The position numbers and the translations under genes were made by a program. The notes below the pieces were generated by a model that was not told where the DNA came from, searched no databases, and saw only the letters and a program-made list of their open reading frames with translations. Shown one piece after another: positions 1-13,234 of a stretch of DNA of 64,000 nucleotides (positions within the stretch are counted from its first letter, which is position 1; each line of letters opens with the position of its first letter). Source of the DNA: Octopus vulgaris. Lineage: Eukaryota. Where the stretch lies: NCBI GenBank assembly GCA_951406725.2, contig OX597816.1, positions 2,232,001-2,296,000 of the forward strand, written 5' to 3'.

Positions 1-675
1 TGTCATTTGAATTTCAGATTTGTATTTTTGTGAAAACCATAATCTTGGTGGAAGACTTTTACCAATTTCTCATTGCTGACTAGATTTTTGTAACAAATTG
101 CTTTCTTGACAATTCTGTTGTTTTTGATAATCCTTTATTAAATGTGGCTCATATGAAATCCACAAGTTTAATTCATTAAACTTTTTGTTATTTAAAAAGC
201 ATTAAAATTATATATATATACATAGAGAGAGAGAGATGGCCATCTTGCAGGCAGGATTTGTATAGCTTTCATTTTATTTTCCATCAAAAAAAAAAACCCC
301 AGCTGTAAGTTAAGAAAGGAGAGGGAAAAGTTGAAGTAGATACGCATGAAAGTGGAATAAATTATTACTATCTGTAAAAGATAGATTTTAAAATGCTTGT
401 GTAATGTCAAACTTCTTCTCTTTCTTCCATCAACTTCTAATCTTTCTTTCTCCTTTTATGTGGCTGACTGTCTGTCTGTCTCTCTCTATATATGTATATC
501 TTTGTTCCTTTTTTTTCTCTCTCTTCTCTTCTCACGTGACTATTGGCCGACTGCTAGCCCTTTTGCATTTGACCATGGTCGCAGTCACATCTACATCTTT
601 CCTCTGCCGTAAGGCTTAATTCCCAACACACCAGCTGAATTTGTCTCTAGTCGAAAGACGCCTTTTGTTATGTCC

Positions 676-712
<37 letters not shown>

Positions 713-984
713 GTTTTTTTGTATTATTTTTGTATCCATATTCGAGTAACATCGTCCATTTTTCCATCCTTGTTTCGTATACATTCGATGCTTTTTTTCC
801 AAGGAATCTAAATGCCCTTAGCTTAGTTTTTCCTTGGGGCTGGCCAGATTGGAGCAATCTCAAGATTAATCAGCCGAAATTGCGAGGATGATCTGGTTCT
901 TGACTGAAGATTAAAGGCTTCGAATGACCCGTCGGTGTTTTTTGTATCGTCTATCTGGATGTTTTGCGTTCTTGTCCCATTTTG

Positions 985-1022
<38 letters not shown>

Positions 1023-1588
1023 CGGCGTACGTACACTTTGTTCTCTCTCTCTCTCTCTCGATATATACTCACACATGCACACACTCACACATACAGTTCA
1101 TGTGTATATATATATATATATAGATATATATCTTTCTGTTGAAGAGCGTAGGCTCGAAACGTAAAAGACTTGTTTTATTTCTATTCCTGAGCGCCATACT
1201 AATACAGGAGAGAGATGGTGGCAAAGTGCCAGGCATACTCACAAGGGATCAGAATATAATGGGGTGGTTGAGTAAAAGAAGAGAGAGATGTAGATGTTGT
1301 CAAGTGCCAGGCACAGAGGTCATAATATAAGTGGCAGGGCATTGGTAGAGAAGCACAAGGAGAAAGAGTGGAGGAGGTGAAAGCAGTGAATGGTGAAAAC
1401 CTGGATATGTAGAAAGGGGGTGGGAGGCTGCTGGATAGCAATGATCCAGTGAACAGGGCACCCCACCCCGTGAGGACAGGATTGGGGAGTGAGAGGTAAG
1501 CATAGTGCATGAAGGAGATGTGTGGAAGAGAAGAGGTGTTGGTTGGTTTGTTGTGAGAAGTTTTCTTGTTACATGTGGGTGGAAATAC

Positions 1589-1620
<32 letters not shown>

Positions 1621-1646
<26 letters not shown>

Positions 1647-2326
1647 TGTGTACAGTGCTCAGGTGCACTACAACTCATCTAAAGTGTATATATAATCAGG
1701 TGAAGTTTCGGTGGATTTCGGAAAGCATGAGGGCCTTAAAAGATGCAGTGTCATGGCAGTCAACAACTGACGCAGGCAGTTTATTCCATGCTTCAGCAAC
1801 TCTGAGCGTGAAAAAATGTTTCCGAAAGTCATGGGAGCTGTATTGTTTTCTGACTTTGTAGGCATGTCCACGTGTGTTAGACACATGGAGATCAAAAAGG
1901 TGTTCAGTGTTGTTGTTGGTGAGGTGGTTGATAACTTTGTGGGTGTTTACCAAGTCTGTCGCCAAACGCCGGAGCTTCAGTGAATCCATGCCCAGGGAAA
2001 CAAGGCGCTCAGAATATGGTAGGTGTCTGATGGAGGGTATGCGTTTGGTTGCACGTCTCTGGACAGATTCCAGGAGGTCAATGTTCTGTGCAAGATAGGG
2101 GTTCCAAACTGATGATGCGAATTCCAAGTGCGGTCGTACCATAGCTGTATACAGTTTTAAATAGATGGCTGGAGAGCGGCTAACAAAAGACCTTGCTGAG
2201 TGATGCCAAGACACCCTCGGCCTTCCTGACAATCTTAGAGATATGCTTTGACCAACGCAAATCACTGCTGACAGTGATGCCTAGGTCACGCTCACAAGAG
2301 GATTTCTTGATATCAGTGTTGTGGAG
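1621..2326 (-). mobile_element. 5'-truncated CR1-like LINE, ORF2 C-terminus plus 3' UTR and (ATT)n tail
   Basis: The minus ORF 1696-2265 contains LYTAMVRPHLEFASSVWNP...LESVQRRATK...TRGH...FFTLRVAEAWNKLP, the typical CR1-group ORF2 C-terminus. An upstream frame gives ERDLGITVSSDLRWSKHI, joined by a frameshift. The (AAT)n run at 1621-1645 is the tail. Confidence 0.9.
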
Positions 2327-2775
2327 ATGAAGAGAGAGGTGGGAAGAATGATGGCATCAGTTTGTTTACAATGTTGTTGCTATCTTCTCCGACAGCTTTT
2401 TTTAAAAAAAACTGTCAGTCATTAGAGTTGATGATGCTTTGAAAGCTAAATAGAAATAAACAACAGCCACATCTCCCTCAGATCACAAAATATCCTTTGT
2501 ATGCATGCATGTATGTATGAACTCGTGAGGGAGTCCACTACACTTTAACTAGTTCTCATAGAAATAGCACCCAAATCTCCCTCAAGCTGCACTTTATGAA
2601 ATAAGGAATTCTGTTAGTATAATGAAAACATCATTTTTGTGAGAGTTAAGAGAAAATGCCTTATTCCAAATGTGTCATCTCCAGGAGCCAATGAAGGAAC
2701 TGTCTCATGGTAGCGAAAGCATGTAGAAATAGCAGCAGTATCTCTAAAACCACACCATATTGTTTCAATCATTCT

Positions 2776-3380
2776 TATGCTGTGCTTGAGAAGACCCAGC
2801 ATGCCAAGTGAGATCATAACTTTGTGGCCTATGCCAGGGGCGTAACCAGCCCACTTATGCGTACCTTTTCTTCATTGGATACTAGACTCTGCTTGCGAAG
2901 ACCTGTTGAGGAAAGGGAAATCGAAATCAAAATCAAATTTGATGACTGGCATCCGTTGCTAGTGGAGCGCTAAGAGCACCATCCGAGCATGATCGTTGCC
3001 AGAGCATTAAAATGGCTTCTGTACCGGTGGCATGTAAAAAGCACCATTCAAGCGTGATCGTTACCAGCATTGCCCTACTGGCACTTGTGCTGGTGGCATG
3101 TGAAAAAACATTCAAGCAAGTGCCGCTGGGCTGGCTCCTGTGCAGGTGGCGCATAAAAAACACCATTTGAGCGTGGCCGTTGCCAGTACTGCCTGACTGG
3201 CCCTCGTGCTGGTGGCACGTAAAAGCACCCACTACACTCTTGGAGTGGTTGGCGTTCGGAAGAGCATCCAGCTGCGGAAACTCTCCCAGATGAGATTGGA
3301 GCCTGGTGCAGCCATCTGGTTCGCCAGTCCTCAGACAAATTGTCCAACCCATGCTAGCAATAAAAGCAGATGTTAAATGA

Positions 3381-3384
<4 letters not shown>
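2776..3384 (+). mobile_element. RTE-like LINE 3' end (3' UTR with ~65-bp tandem units, (ATG)n tail)
   Basis: Starts at 'tatgctgtgcttgagaagacc' (YAVLEKT, resembling an RTE ORF end), has repeated 'ggtggcaYgtaaaaagcacc' units and ends 'aacccatgctagca...gttaaatgatgat'. The same 3' end recurs many times in the window. Confidence 0.7.
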
Positions 3385-3432
<48 letters not shown>

Positions 3433-6400
3433 TCTGTTTATGTATTCGTGTAATGACTGGTTTACTAGTAGTTTTATACATATAGTCTGTTTATATGTGT
3501 GTGTTTCGATGTATAATTTGAGTCCTGTTTTATAAATTTGAAAACACAGTTGCTTTTGTGGCTGTGTTTCCCAATAACCAGAGAACTGGAAATTGATTTT
3601 GTTTTTTCTTTTGAAGAACCAAAGTCTTACCCAAGGGCAATAACTCACTGACTTCGTTTTTCCGTTAAATAGAAAAGGGAAATGTCTTTTATATCTGGTG
3701 CCAAACACAATTGAATAGAATAATCGTTTTGTGACTTTGTGAGAAGGAAATGTGTTCTCATTAGTGTAATTTTCATTTTTTCTTCTTCACTTGCACGTTG
3801 CATAGCAATTTGATACAGTAATGGACATAACTATCAGAATATTACATATTTAGCCATGAAATCATATGTTAAACTCATTTTTAACATCTAACTTGTTTGT
3901 GAGCTAATTACTAAAAATCTCTTTAAATAATCTCAAAACTTAATTGTTTCCTTAACTAAATTTCCATAGTTTTTATAGAAATATCTCTTTTATTAGTATG
4001 AAGCATAGAAATAATTATTTACCTGCATCTCAGTTACAGTTTTTGAGCAAATAAATAAGAAATTTTCTTCTCAAAGTTCAATATTGATTCTTTTGTCGAT
4101 TAAATTCGAAAACTAGGAAGAATTTGATAAACTAACTTTGTCGTTGTTAAGTTAGTGTTTGAGATTTGAATTAGCATGGAATTTTGATGGAAGATTTTAA
4201 TTTAGATTAGTTTAAAATTGGAAGTTTGTATCATAGAACTTGGGGTGGCCATAGGTAAGTTGGCATCAATAGTTAAGCAAGACATTTAACTATACAAGTT
4301 ATGCTTCGACAGGTTTAGCCTGTTTTGGAATTTAAAGATCCAATGTATATACGTTCTTTATATTTACATATAAATATTTTAAGATATAAAAATATTTTAA
4401 AATTTGAAATATATATTTATTTGAAATTATAGATAACATCAAGGCTATTTAAGCCATCTATTCTCTTTCCATATCTTTTTGCCTCTGTGTGTGTGTTTTG
4501 TGTGTGTGCGCATGTGTACGTGTGCATATTAGATTGTGTGTATTAGACATTAACACAAAACCTTGTTTTTGCTAATCATGTTGTTTTTCTAACGAGTGCT
4601 GCCTATTTTATCATTGCCTTCACATTATTTTAATTATTTTCCGCACACATTTTAGTTACATAAAGTTATGTGATAATAAATGAACCACTTCTTGAGTAAA
4701 TCTGTTTTTCTTGAATTGTCCCCAGTAACTTGCTACCTCATTACTTTCACACCTTATTAAGTACACCTGATAATTAGCAGTCGGAAATAGAGATGCTGGC
4801 AGTGAAGATTAAATCAAGATGAAATAAACTTGTATGGAGTTAAAAAAAGTTTTCAGACCAAACTTGGTGCAAAAGTTCCTTCCAAATGTAAGATATGTTT
4901 CAAAGGTATTTCAAATCTTTGCAGATGTTCAGGTGTCATAGGTTAGAATCTCAGCCAGGAGTTCTATTACTTGCAACAGTTTGTGATTTAGATAAGGGAA
5001 ACAATCCTTCCCTACACGTTTCACAGTCGACTGAATACTTGTGTGTGTGTATACACACACACATATATATTTTTCTGTTGTGATGAGTTTATGTGTATGT
5101 ATGGATACATACATACATACACACATACACACACTACATACATACATACATACACACATACATACATGCCATCCCATCCATGCTAGCATGGAACACAGAC
5201 GTTAAATGATGATGATGATGATGATGATAGATATAGTTCCATATATATTAATCAGAAGAGAAATGGAAGGAGAATATGGTTGGAAAGACTGAGTTTCTGT
5301 AATGATTTACTTTCTGCTGTGAATAAATAAAACAGAAATACGAGTTTAAGGGGGGAAAAAAACCCAAAAAAAACAAAACAATCAGTGTTTGAATTCCAGC
5401 ATTGAATAATGGTGAAGCAAATAAAATTTGTTTATTGTGCCTCGATTATTGATGTTTGTTTTGTTTATGATGTGAAGAAGAAAAATTGTTTCGCTGAAGA
5501 CGAGGAAAGTAATGTTTGTTTGTGGATTGAGCTAAGTAAAATGTGCCTAAATATCTTCCCTGCCCCATTCCTGTTCCGTGTTTGGAATGCAGTCAGCAAA
5601 TATGGCAATTAGAAGAATCTATGCTGCTTCAATATTGATTATTACTGTTGAAATATTTGGACTAGAAGCATAAAGTTAGAAACCCTAACTTTTTACTTCT
5701 CAAATGTATTGAATGGATGTCTGAAAGATGATGTTTTTAGGTTTGTAAGAACAAGAAAAACTTGGTTGTGTTCTAGGCTTTTGATTTAACCTCAAATGAA
5801 ATAGCTATGGCATATGGTTTTGGTTTTACATTCTGACATCGAAGTTTCCTTTTATCCGTCTGGGCTCTATAAGATAAGTAGAAGTCAAATGTGGGTTTGA
5901 CAGAACCAACCTACACCCTTGCCAACCCATCCACGCCCACCAATTTAAAACCTTGTTCTTGCATAAGAAACAATTTACTAATTCAATTTTCTAAAATGAA
6001 ATTGTTGAAAAGGAAAAGTTGAAACATTTATATAGTTCACTTAATTTTTGCAAATTCTTAAACTCGTATTTTTGTGCTTTTTTGTGAGCCCCCACCCCCA
6101 CCCCAGATAAAAAAATAAAAACAACTTTATTAATCAAATACTGGAGAATGCACATGGTATGTTGGTAAAGAGATTCTTGATTGGAAATTTAAGGCAGATT
6201 ATAGTCTTTTTTTTCCTTTCTTTTTTTCCCCCCCTTCTATAATGAGAGGCATCCTGTGTAGGAGGCAAGATAAGAGAGAGAGAGTAAGATATGAGACAAA
6301 TTTATTTTAAATTTGACCATAGTTGGGTTTTAACTTTACACTGCCAGCTGCTAACAAGACACTTGTTGGTTATTCACTGTTTTTACTGCTTCTAGTCAGA

Positions 6401-7577
6401 TGCATTGAATCCTTGCAAGTGTCTCTGCCTGGGACATCGTAGAATACATCTGCTGATGGAATAGATAAAGCTCCCCTTCATTTAGCAAGCTATCCTAACA
6501 GTTGGACGTGCATCTGCAAGCAGAACCTGTTACAACTGCAGGGGCTAATTGTTTAACTTTACCTCTGTTGTTTTTTTAATACAATCTAAAGAACTGCTTT
6601 GTGGTAGTCTCAGATAACTTTGCTTTCGTTTTGATATATTTTGTAACAGTATGAAAGTCTTTGGTCTGGTTACTGATAATCTAGTTTGCTACTCTGGGAT
6701 ATAATTTAAGAGTTAAAAAATAATCTCTTTTCTTACTCTGAAGTATAGTTTAATTATTTAAAAAGTCTGTTTTCCTATCCTTGAGTTATAATTTAATAAA
6801 TAGTTACAAAAAGAAAAAAAACCCAACTTTTTTCCTATATTTTGTAAAAATAAAGATATTAATAAATTTTATGGACAAAGAAACCAAACTTCATGCATAG
6901 AGAAAAGGTGTAAAGAAAGTTCAGTAAATTAAGATGAGCCTCAGTTTTTGATGAAACTGAAAAATTGATGTATCTTATTTGAAAGACGAAATATTTGGAG
7001 GCAGTCCAGTGCGCTTTTGATACAGCAGGAACGATATAGAGGATTATTAAAGCTATTTATTGTTTAGAGCTGTTTAAAAACCGTTTCCGTTTTAAATTTG
7101 CATTTCGATTTGTCCCTACTGTCAAATTTTATTTAATCTAGGGTTTTGAGCCCTGATTCAGGGAGTAATGTCTGGAAATAAACTATTACTTCAGTATAAA
7201 ACTCAAGATTACAAAGAAAATCGAAGACGCCTCCATTAATGAAGGGTTCTGTCTGAGACTTGACAACTTGGAAGACTTAGGCTTACTCTGGGGTTTTTCT
7301 TTTTACATATATTTTGTATTTTATTTATGCTGTAGGTATACTTCTGGTGATAGCAATCAGATCGCTTATCTTATGCAGGGGACGTAACTCGCTTTTGTAC
7401 AAGGGAAATAACTCTTTCAGCAAGAGTAATGACTAAATGAAATTATTTATGTTTATGAATTTGTGTTTAAAGATTCCTGATGGGAAACCGTATGTTGAAA
7501 CAGATATTGTTGTGTTTCGGAATAGTGTTTTTTGTTTGTTTGTTTTTTTATTTTTGCCAAATAAACACACGCTCTAC

Positions 7578-7765
7578 ATATTCGTTCTTCACTCGTTTAT
7601 TACTGTTCTTATTTTAACTCCTGTCCATTGTTCGGAAATCTTTCGTCACACATCTGTGACCGCCTCAAAGACGCCATCCGTCCTCATGTGTGCTCTTGCT
7701 TGGTCCATTCTGTTCTTCTATTCAGTTAAAATAAGAACCGTAATAAACGAGTGAAGATTGAATAT
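7578..7765. repeat. Fold-back element with 34-bp inverted arms
   Basis: 7586-7619 is the reverse complement of 7724-7757 with one mismatch; spacer ~100 bp. Confidence 0.85.
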
Positions 7766-8912
7766 TTTGTGTGTGTTTGTTTATTTTGAGGGTGGAAATG
7801 ACCATTCTGAAATACAACAATAATGAAATTAAAGCTTTAGAGATTTTAGTTTTGTAGCTTATATTTTTGAGGAGGGTTATAAGGAAGTGGGGCGGCCAAA
7901 CTCCACACAAGATTCTACTGAACTTGCTCTTTAAATTAAATCATTCACCTGTATTGAGATTGTAGTTTTTGATATTCTGCAGATTTGAAATCAGTGAATT
8001 ATTTCATAAAAATAGATTTAAATGCCTGACTTGTGGATTTATGTTATTCACAATATATTTAGTAGAATATTTTTATTTATTTTTTCAGCCCTCAATACAG
8101 TTCATTAGATTATTAATGAATAAAATCCTCTGACAAACTGATAGTTTTTAAATATAAACTGGATATGGACCTAATAGCTATGTGTTATACATATTTACAT
8201 AATGCATATTATGCAAGACATTTTTTTTTTTCAAAATAAAATCAAAATTTAGGGCAGTTAACTGACTAAGTTGAAGTGTTTTCTGTTATTGAATCCAGAC
8301 AGTTACATTGTGAATTCATTTCCTGCTGAAGTCAGCTTTGCTTTTTAACCTTTAAGGGTTGATAAAATAAAGCCCTAGCCAAGTACTGTGGCTTATTGTA
8401 TTGACTAGCTCCCTCCTCTTGATGGCTTCGTGCCTAAATTTGAAATCAATAAGAAATTGAAATTTAACCTAATGACATGAAAGGAGTTTTAACATGAGCT
8501 TTTTCTATGGTCCAACCAGAACTGGTTCAGCCAAGACATTTTTTTCTTTACTTTTGCTCTTGTAGAAAGAAAAATAAATCACTCTACAATCAGTTATGCC
8601 TTTCTGGATCCATTTTTCATTCAAGTTTAATCTGTTGGTTGGAATTTGTAAAATCCGTAAAGTTTGTAGGTTGTTCATTTATTCAGATTTCAAATTTCCG
8701 AAAGAAAAAATGTTTATTAAGAATGAAATTATTCTATTTGCTAAAACCAAACAATAATCTGTTATTTGTTTGACTGATTTTTTTCCCCTGTAAGTTTCTA
8801 GGTTATTTATTTTTTTTTTTGATGTTTTAAAATATAGTTTAGTTTAGAAGTGTGGGACAGTTTGTGAGAGGGCTACATTTAATGTTAATTACCATCTGAC
8901 AAGACTTATTCC

Positions 8913-9250
8913 CATCATCATTTAACATCCACTTTCCAGTGCTTGCATGGGTCAGACAGAATTTATTGAGGCAGATTTTCTATGGTTAGACATGGTTTCC
9001 GTGGAAGACTAGAATTGAATAACATTACTTGTATGATTATGAGGATGTTCATTTACAACCATCTTGTTATGCTGAGGCAAAAGTAAGGCACATGCACACA
9101 CACACGACTTTCTTTCAGTTTCTATTTACCAAATTCAGTTCCGAGGTTTTGGTTGACATGGGGTTCTAGTAGAAGACAGTTGCTAAACAGTGGAACTAAA
9201 CCCAACACCACATGGTTGGGAAGCTAGCTTCTTAACCACACAGCCATGCC
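8913..9250 (-). mobile_element. tRNA-derived SINE, family A2 (shared head, RTE-type tail)
   Basis: The head matches the 19575 SINE (on the minus strand: gcttcccaaccatgtgg...gtcttctactagaacc...gaaactgaaagaaag). The tail 'catgcaagca...gatgttaaatgatgatg' matches the RTE-like 3' end. Confidence 0.7.
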
Positions 9251-9280
9251 TTAAGCATTTCAATACTATAATTTTGTTAA

Positions 9281-9501
9281 CCCTTTAGCATTTAAACCGG
9301 CCATATCCGGCCAAAAGTATTCTGCCTGTTTTATGTTCAAACTGGCCAGATCTGGTCTCTCACACCAACCCTACAATATCATTTTAAAAATTAACAGCTA
9401 CCTCTTCAAAATCTCATAGCACCAAGATAATCCATGATTAGTTCATGGCAATGTGGATAAAAAAGGATTAATTTTGGCAGAATAATGCGAACACTAAAGG
9501 G
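9281..9501. mobile_element. piggyBac-type MITE, family 1
   Basis: TTAA at 9277-9280 and 9502-9505 flanks TIRs CCCTTTAG...CTAAAGGG. A partial inverted copy lies at ~24390-24459. Confidence 0.85.
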
Positions 9502-10471
9502 TTAAACTTGTTATTTTATAAACTGTAACAAAATAGAGTTTCGGAATAACCACCTTTTCTATACCATTTTTGTCTCATTTCAAAAATTTCTTCAGATTTC
9601 TATAAAGAAGTAATTAAAATTGTAGACAAAGAAATATTGATTTTTATTTTTTCCTTTTATAATTTGTAATTTCTTTAAAGAAGATATGCCTGAAATAAAA
9701 TTAAACCAACAAAAATATATTCCAGCAATAATAATTTTTTCTCGGCTGCTTTTAGAAGGTTGGCTGCAGGTTTTAAGATTATCTGCTTCACTTCTGGTTT
9801 AGTCTTAAACTACCCTTGTTGGTAATACTATGAATGTAATAATTCTTGCAGTCCTTCAGTAACCCCTATTTCTTCTCAAAGACTCTCTTCTGTCATTCAC
9901 CTGTAAACCTGACTCTTTCAGTCTTTCTCTCTGCAACCTGTTTCTTTTCCCATGTCTTCTCATTAAGTCATCATCATCATCATCATCATCATCATCGTTC
10001 ACTATTTCATGCTTGCATCAGTTAGATGGAATTCATTGAGGTAGGTTTTCTGTGGCCAAATACCTTTCCTGTTGCCAATGTTCCCTTGTTTCCAAGAAAA
10101 GCAATATTTCCCCATGACCAGACATGTTTTCATAGAAGATTAGAAGCAGTGGGTACTGCTTGTATGATGGTGACACTCCTATCGTGTGATGTGTATGCAT
10201 GCATGGTTCTCGAAAACACTTGTCTTCCACAGCAAAACTGAGTTCTGGAAGTGCAACTCAACCATGCCATCTTTCTCAAATCCTCCCCATTGGCAACTCT
10301 ATCACCTTACTATTCCTGTTGCTTACTGCCCCCCCCCCTTCTCTCTGTTTTCCTCAGTTCATGGTTCCTTGTTCCTCCATTCTTCAATCCTACCCATTTT
10401 AGCCGTTTACATTTTTGTTCTTTCACATTTTATCTTATTTCCATCTCTTTGACGAAAAAACGGTTGATACC

Positions 10472-10735
10472 TTTGGCCCAGTAGTTTGGATATCACACCC
10501 CTGGCTGTAAGATCCCAGATTCCCAGAACAAGTGGTGTGCTGTGTTTCTGAGTAAAACTCTTCGTTTTATATTTGTTCAGTCCACTCAGCTGTAAATGAG
10601 TTCCACAATAGCTGGGAAGTTAAGTCTGTGACAGACTGGTGTCCCATCCAGGGGCCAGAAGTGTTGTGATCTCAGTCACTTATATGCCATGGCAACTGGG
10701 TTGATTTCTGGCCCTTATGAGCCTCAGGACTTATA
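10472..10735 (+). mobile_element. Old tRNA-derived SINE with CORE-like central domain
   Basis: A degenerate A-box (tggcccagtag) is followed by 'tgtgtttctgagtaaaactc...gtccactcagctgtaaatgagt' and 'gacagactggtgtcccatccagggg', typical of invertebrate CORE-type SINEs. Confidence 0.55.
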
Positions 10736-10789
10736 ATGGACTTAGGTTTAAAGAAAATAGAAAGTAAATAGAAAGTTATCCTGCTTGGT

Positions 10790-11018
10790 GATCCGAACGT
10801 GGCCGATGCCAGCGCCCCCTTGAGTGGCTTCCGTGACGGTGGTACATAAAAAGCACCCGCTACTCTCACGGAGTGGTTGGCGTTAGGAAGGGCATCCAGC
10901 TGTAGAAACTCTGCCAGATCAGACTGGAGCCTGGTGCAGCCATCTGGCTTCCCAGACCCTGGTCGAACCGTCCAACCCATGCTAGCATGGAGAACGGATG
11001 TAAACGATGATGATGATG
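10790..11018 (+). mobile_element. RTE-like 3' end copy (young)
   Basis: 'gagtggttggcgttaggaagggcatccagctgtagaaac...aacccatgctagcatggagaacggatgtaaacgatgatgatg'; close to the copies at 22654 and 55068. Confidence 0.8.
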
Positions 11019-11924
11019 AATAAAGGGGTGGGGGCTGGTATTTCAGTGTGGGTGGGTTTTCATTGTTCTGTTCTTGGAGACTTACGTTTGTATCTGAAGA
11101 CACTCTCGTCATTTCTGTTTTTTGTTCAAGTTTCAACTGGCCCAGATTGGGAAGCTGTTCTGTCTTCTTTCACCCTGTGACTTCTCTGGAATGTGAGTGT
11201 CTTGTAACACTTAAATATTGGTATTGGTGGAAGACGTGTGTAGAACGACTGTCTATTTATAAACAAAACAGGTTTGTAATTGTCAGAGTATGTAACTGCT
11301 CAGGGGAGCAGTCTGGAGTTTTGGTGTAGATAAGGATACATAAAATTGCAGTTTTCTTTCTTTTTGTCTTTACAAAGATGGAACAGATTATCATGAATAA
11401 GATAAGCTTTTCACACCTAAATTCTAGTAAAGATAGATCAAGCAGTTCTAGTTTTGTAATAAATGTTGCACAACTGATATCAAAATTTTTGTTTGAGCAT
11501 TAAAAAAAATTTTTTTTTTTAAATCTTGATTAATAAATGTCAAAATCTATAACTAGAATATAAAGTCCCCACCCTTTGAAATATTGGTGTATTTGTTAAT
11601 TTGAGAAGGGCAATACCCTTTGTGCTATATGGTGTAGCATTTCTGTAAAGGAAGAGCAGGAAGGTCAGTAAGAGTAGAACAGTTAATGTTTTGTTTATGC
11701 GAAAGAGAAGGATTAACAGCCATTTTGTAGGACTTCCATTAACACAAACATATACTTGATACCTTAAATGAGTCTTAATATTGGAATAAGTGCTACAGTC
11801 ATTTTATTTCCTATTATCTGGATTTTGTGAATGCCCCTTCTCAGTTGATGGCATTTGTAATGGCTTAGAGGTTAAATTTAAGTATGCATTGTGTTAAGAA
11901 TATTCTTTAGCACCCATAACTACT

Positions 11925-12345
11925 AAAACTATAAATCTCTGGTGAGATCCTGTGTGGAATACTGTTCCACAGATGAACAATGCTGCTGTTACACGCATGC
12001 AGAGTCCTAGGCTGTACTAAACAAAACGTGTAGGGCATCACCACACTGATTGACATGAAGACAGTCATCAATGCATCCTATCTCTCGACCACAAATGTGC
12101 TGACTCATCTAGCTTTTCTCTTTGTTCTATAATCACCTCTCTTATGGCACCCAAACTCAGGCACTCTTCACACATTTATTTCTCCCCCGTTTGTCCTCTC
12201 TGTATTGTGCCAACCACACTTTCACCTCTGGCTTTGTACTAACCACCGTTCCTACTATTTCCTCCCTGGAATGGTGTCTCTCAGGAATCCTTGTCTGTCC
12301 ATGGTTCTCCTGCAGCTGTCTACTTGCATCTATTCAAGATAAACT
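11925..12345 (+). pseudogene. Highly decayed LINE ORF2 C-terminal remnant (CR1/L2/Jockey group)
   Basis: Fragments YKSLVRSCVEYCS, SLFYNH and YFLPGMVSLRNP...PAAVYLHLFKIN resemble the LYK.xVRP.xEYCS...FFP...WN.LP...FK C-terminal pattern; many frameshifts. Confidence 0.5.
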
Positions 12346-12514
12346 TGAAATTACATTTGGTATAATGCTGCATACATTGAGAACAGTGAAAATCAAAATA
12401 ATGATGTGTGTATTTGTTCTAAATATTTTCTGGCAGATTGAAACATGAATATGCTAATTGCTGGTGTGATTTGTCTGTGGTTAATAATTTCTCCCTTTAA
12501 ATGATGTGTGTTTA

Positions 12515-12800
12515 CATCATACTTAATTAATTGTCAGTTTGGTAGACCTGAGCATGCAGCTTCAAATAATATGTTAGCTGAATTCTATAAACAAGAGCCA
12601 CAATTCTTGTTTACATTTATTGATCCTGGGGTAACTTTGATGGAAGAGATACAGCCATTCAAAACACTGGTGTCTCAAAGTCCCTTAAGCAAATTATGCT
12701 GTGAACACACTTTGTCTGAATGGGAATTGCACTCCAAAGATGAAATACAACAGTGATTAGCATGTTTATGGATGAATCTGCTGGAATGGATCAAGAATGA
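12515..12800 (+). repeat. Low-copy ~290-bp diverged repeat, copy 1 of 3
   Basis: Shares 'gctgaattc.ataaa.aa.a.ccacaattcttgttta', 'tgtgaacacac', 'caaagatgaaataca' and 'tgctggaatg.at.aagaatga' with 13235-13520, and less closely with ~41870-42102. Confidence 0.75.
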
Positions 12801-12801
12801 A

Positions 12802-13195
12802 TCTCTTTTACTCTTTTACTTGTTTCAGGCATTTGACTGCGGCCATGCTGGAGCACCGCCTTTAGTCGAGCAACTCGACCCCGGGACTTATTCTTTGTAA
12901 GCCCAGTACTTATTCTATCGGTCTCTTTTGCCGAACTGCTAAGTGACGGAGACGTAAACACACCAGCATTGGTTGTCAAGCAATGCTAGGGGGACAAACA
13001 CAGACACACAAACACACACACATACATATATATATTTACATATATTCGACGGGCTTCTTTCAGTTTCCATCTACCAAATCCATTCACAAGGCTTTGGTCG
13101 GCCCGAGGCTATAGTAGAAGACACTTGCCCAAGGTGCCACACAGTGGGACTGAACCCGGAACCATGTGATTAGTAAGCAAGCTACTTACCACACA
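12802..13195 (-). mobile_element. tRNA-derived SINE, family A1 (near full length)
   Basis: Reverse-complement match to 19575-19961 along its whole length, including the internal (CA)/(TA) microsatellite. Confidence 0.9.
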
Positions 13196-13234
13196 TTGTT
13201 TTCATTCTTGTTGTTCTCCATGCGTATGATGAAT

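Noticed and set aside
2933-3481. 182-aa ORF and similar 'LDALPNANH' ORFs at 10672, 24147 and 55100
   Set aside because: Antisense readings of the RTE-like 3' UTR repeat; recurrence reflects repeat copies.
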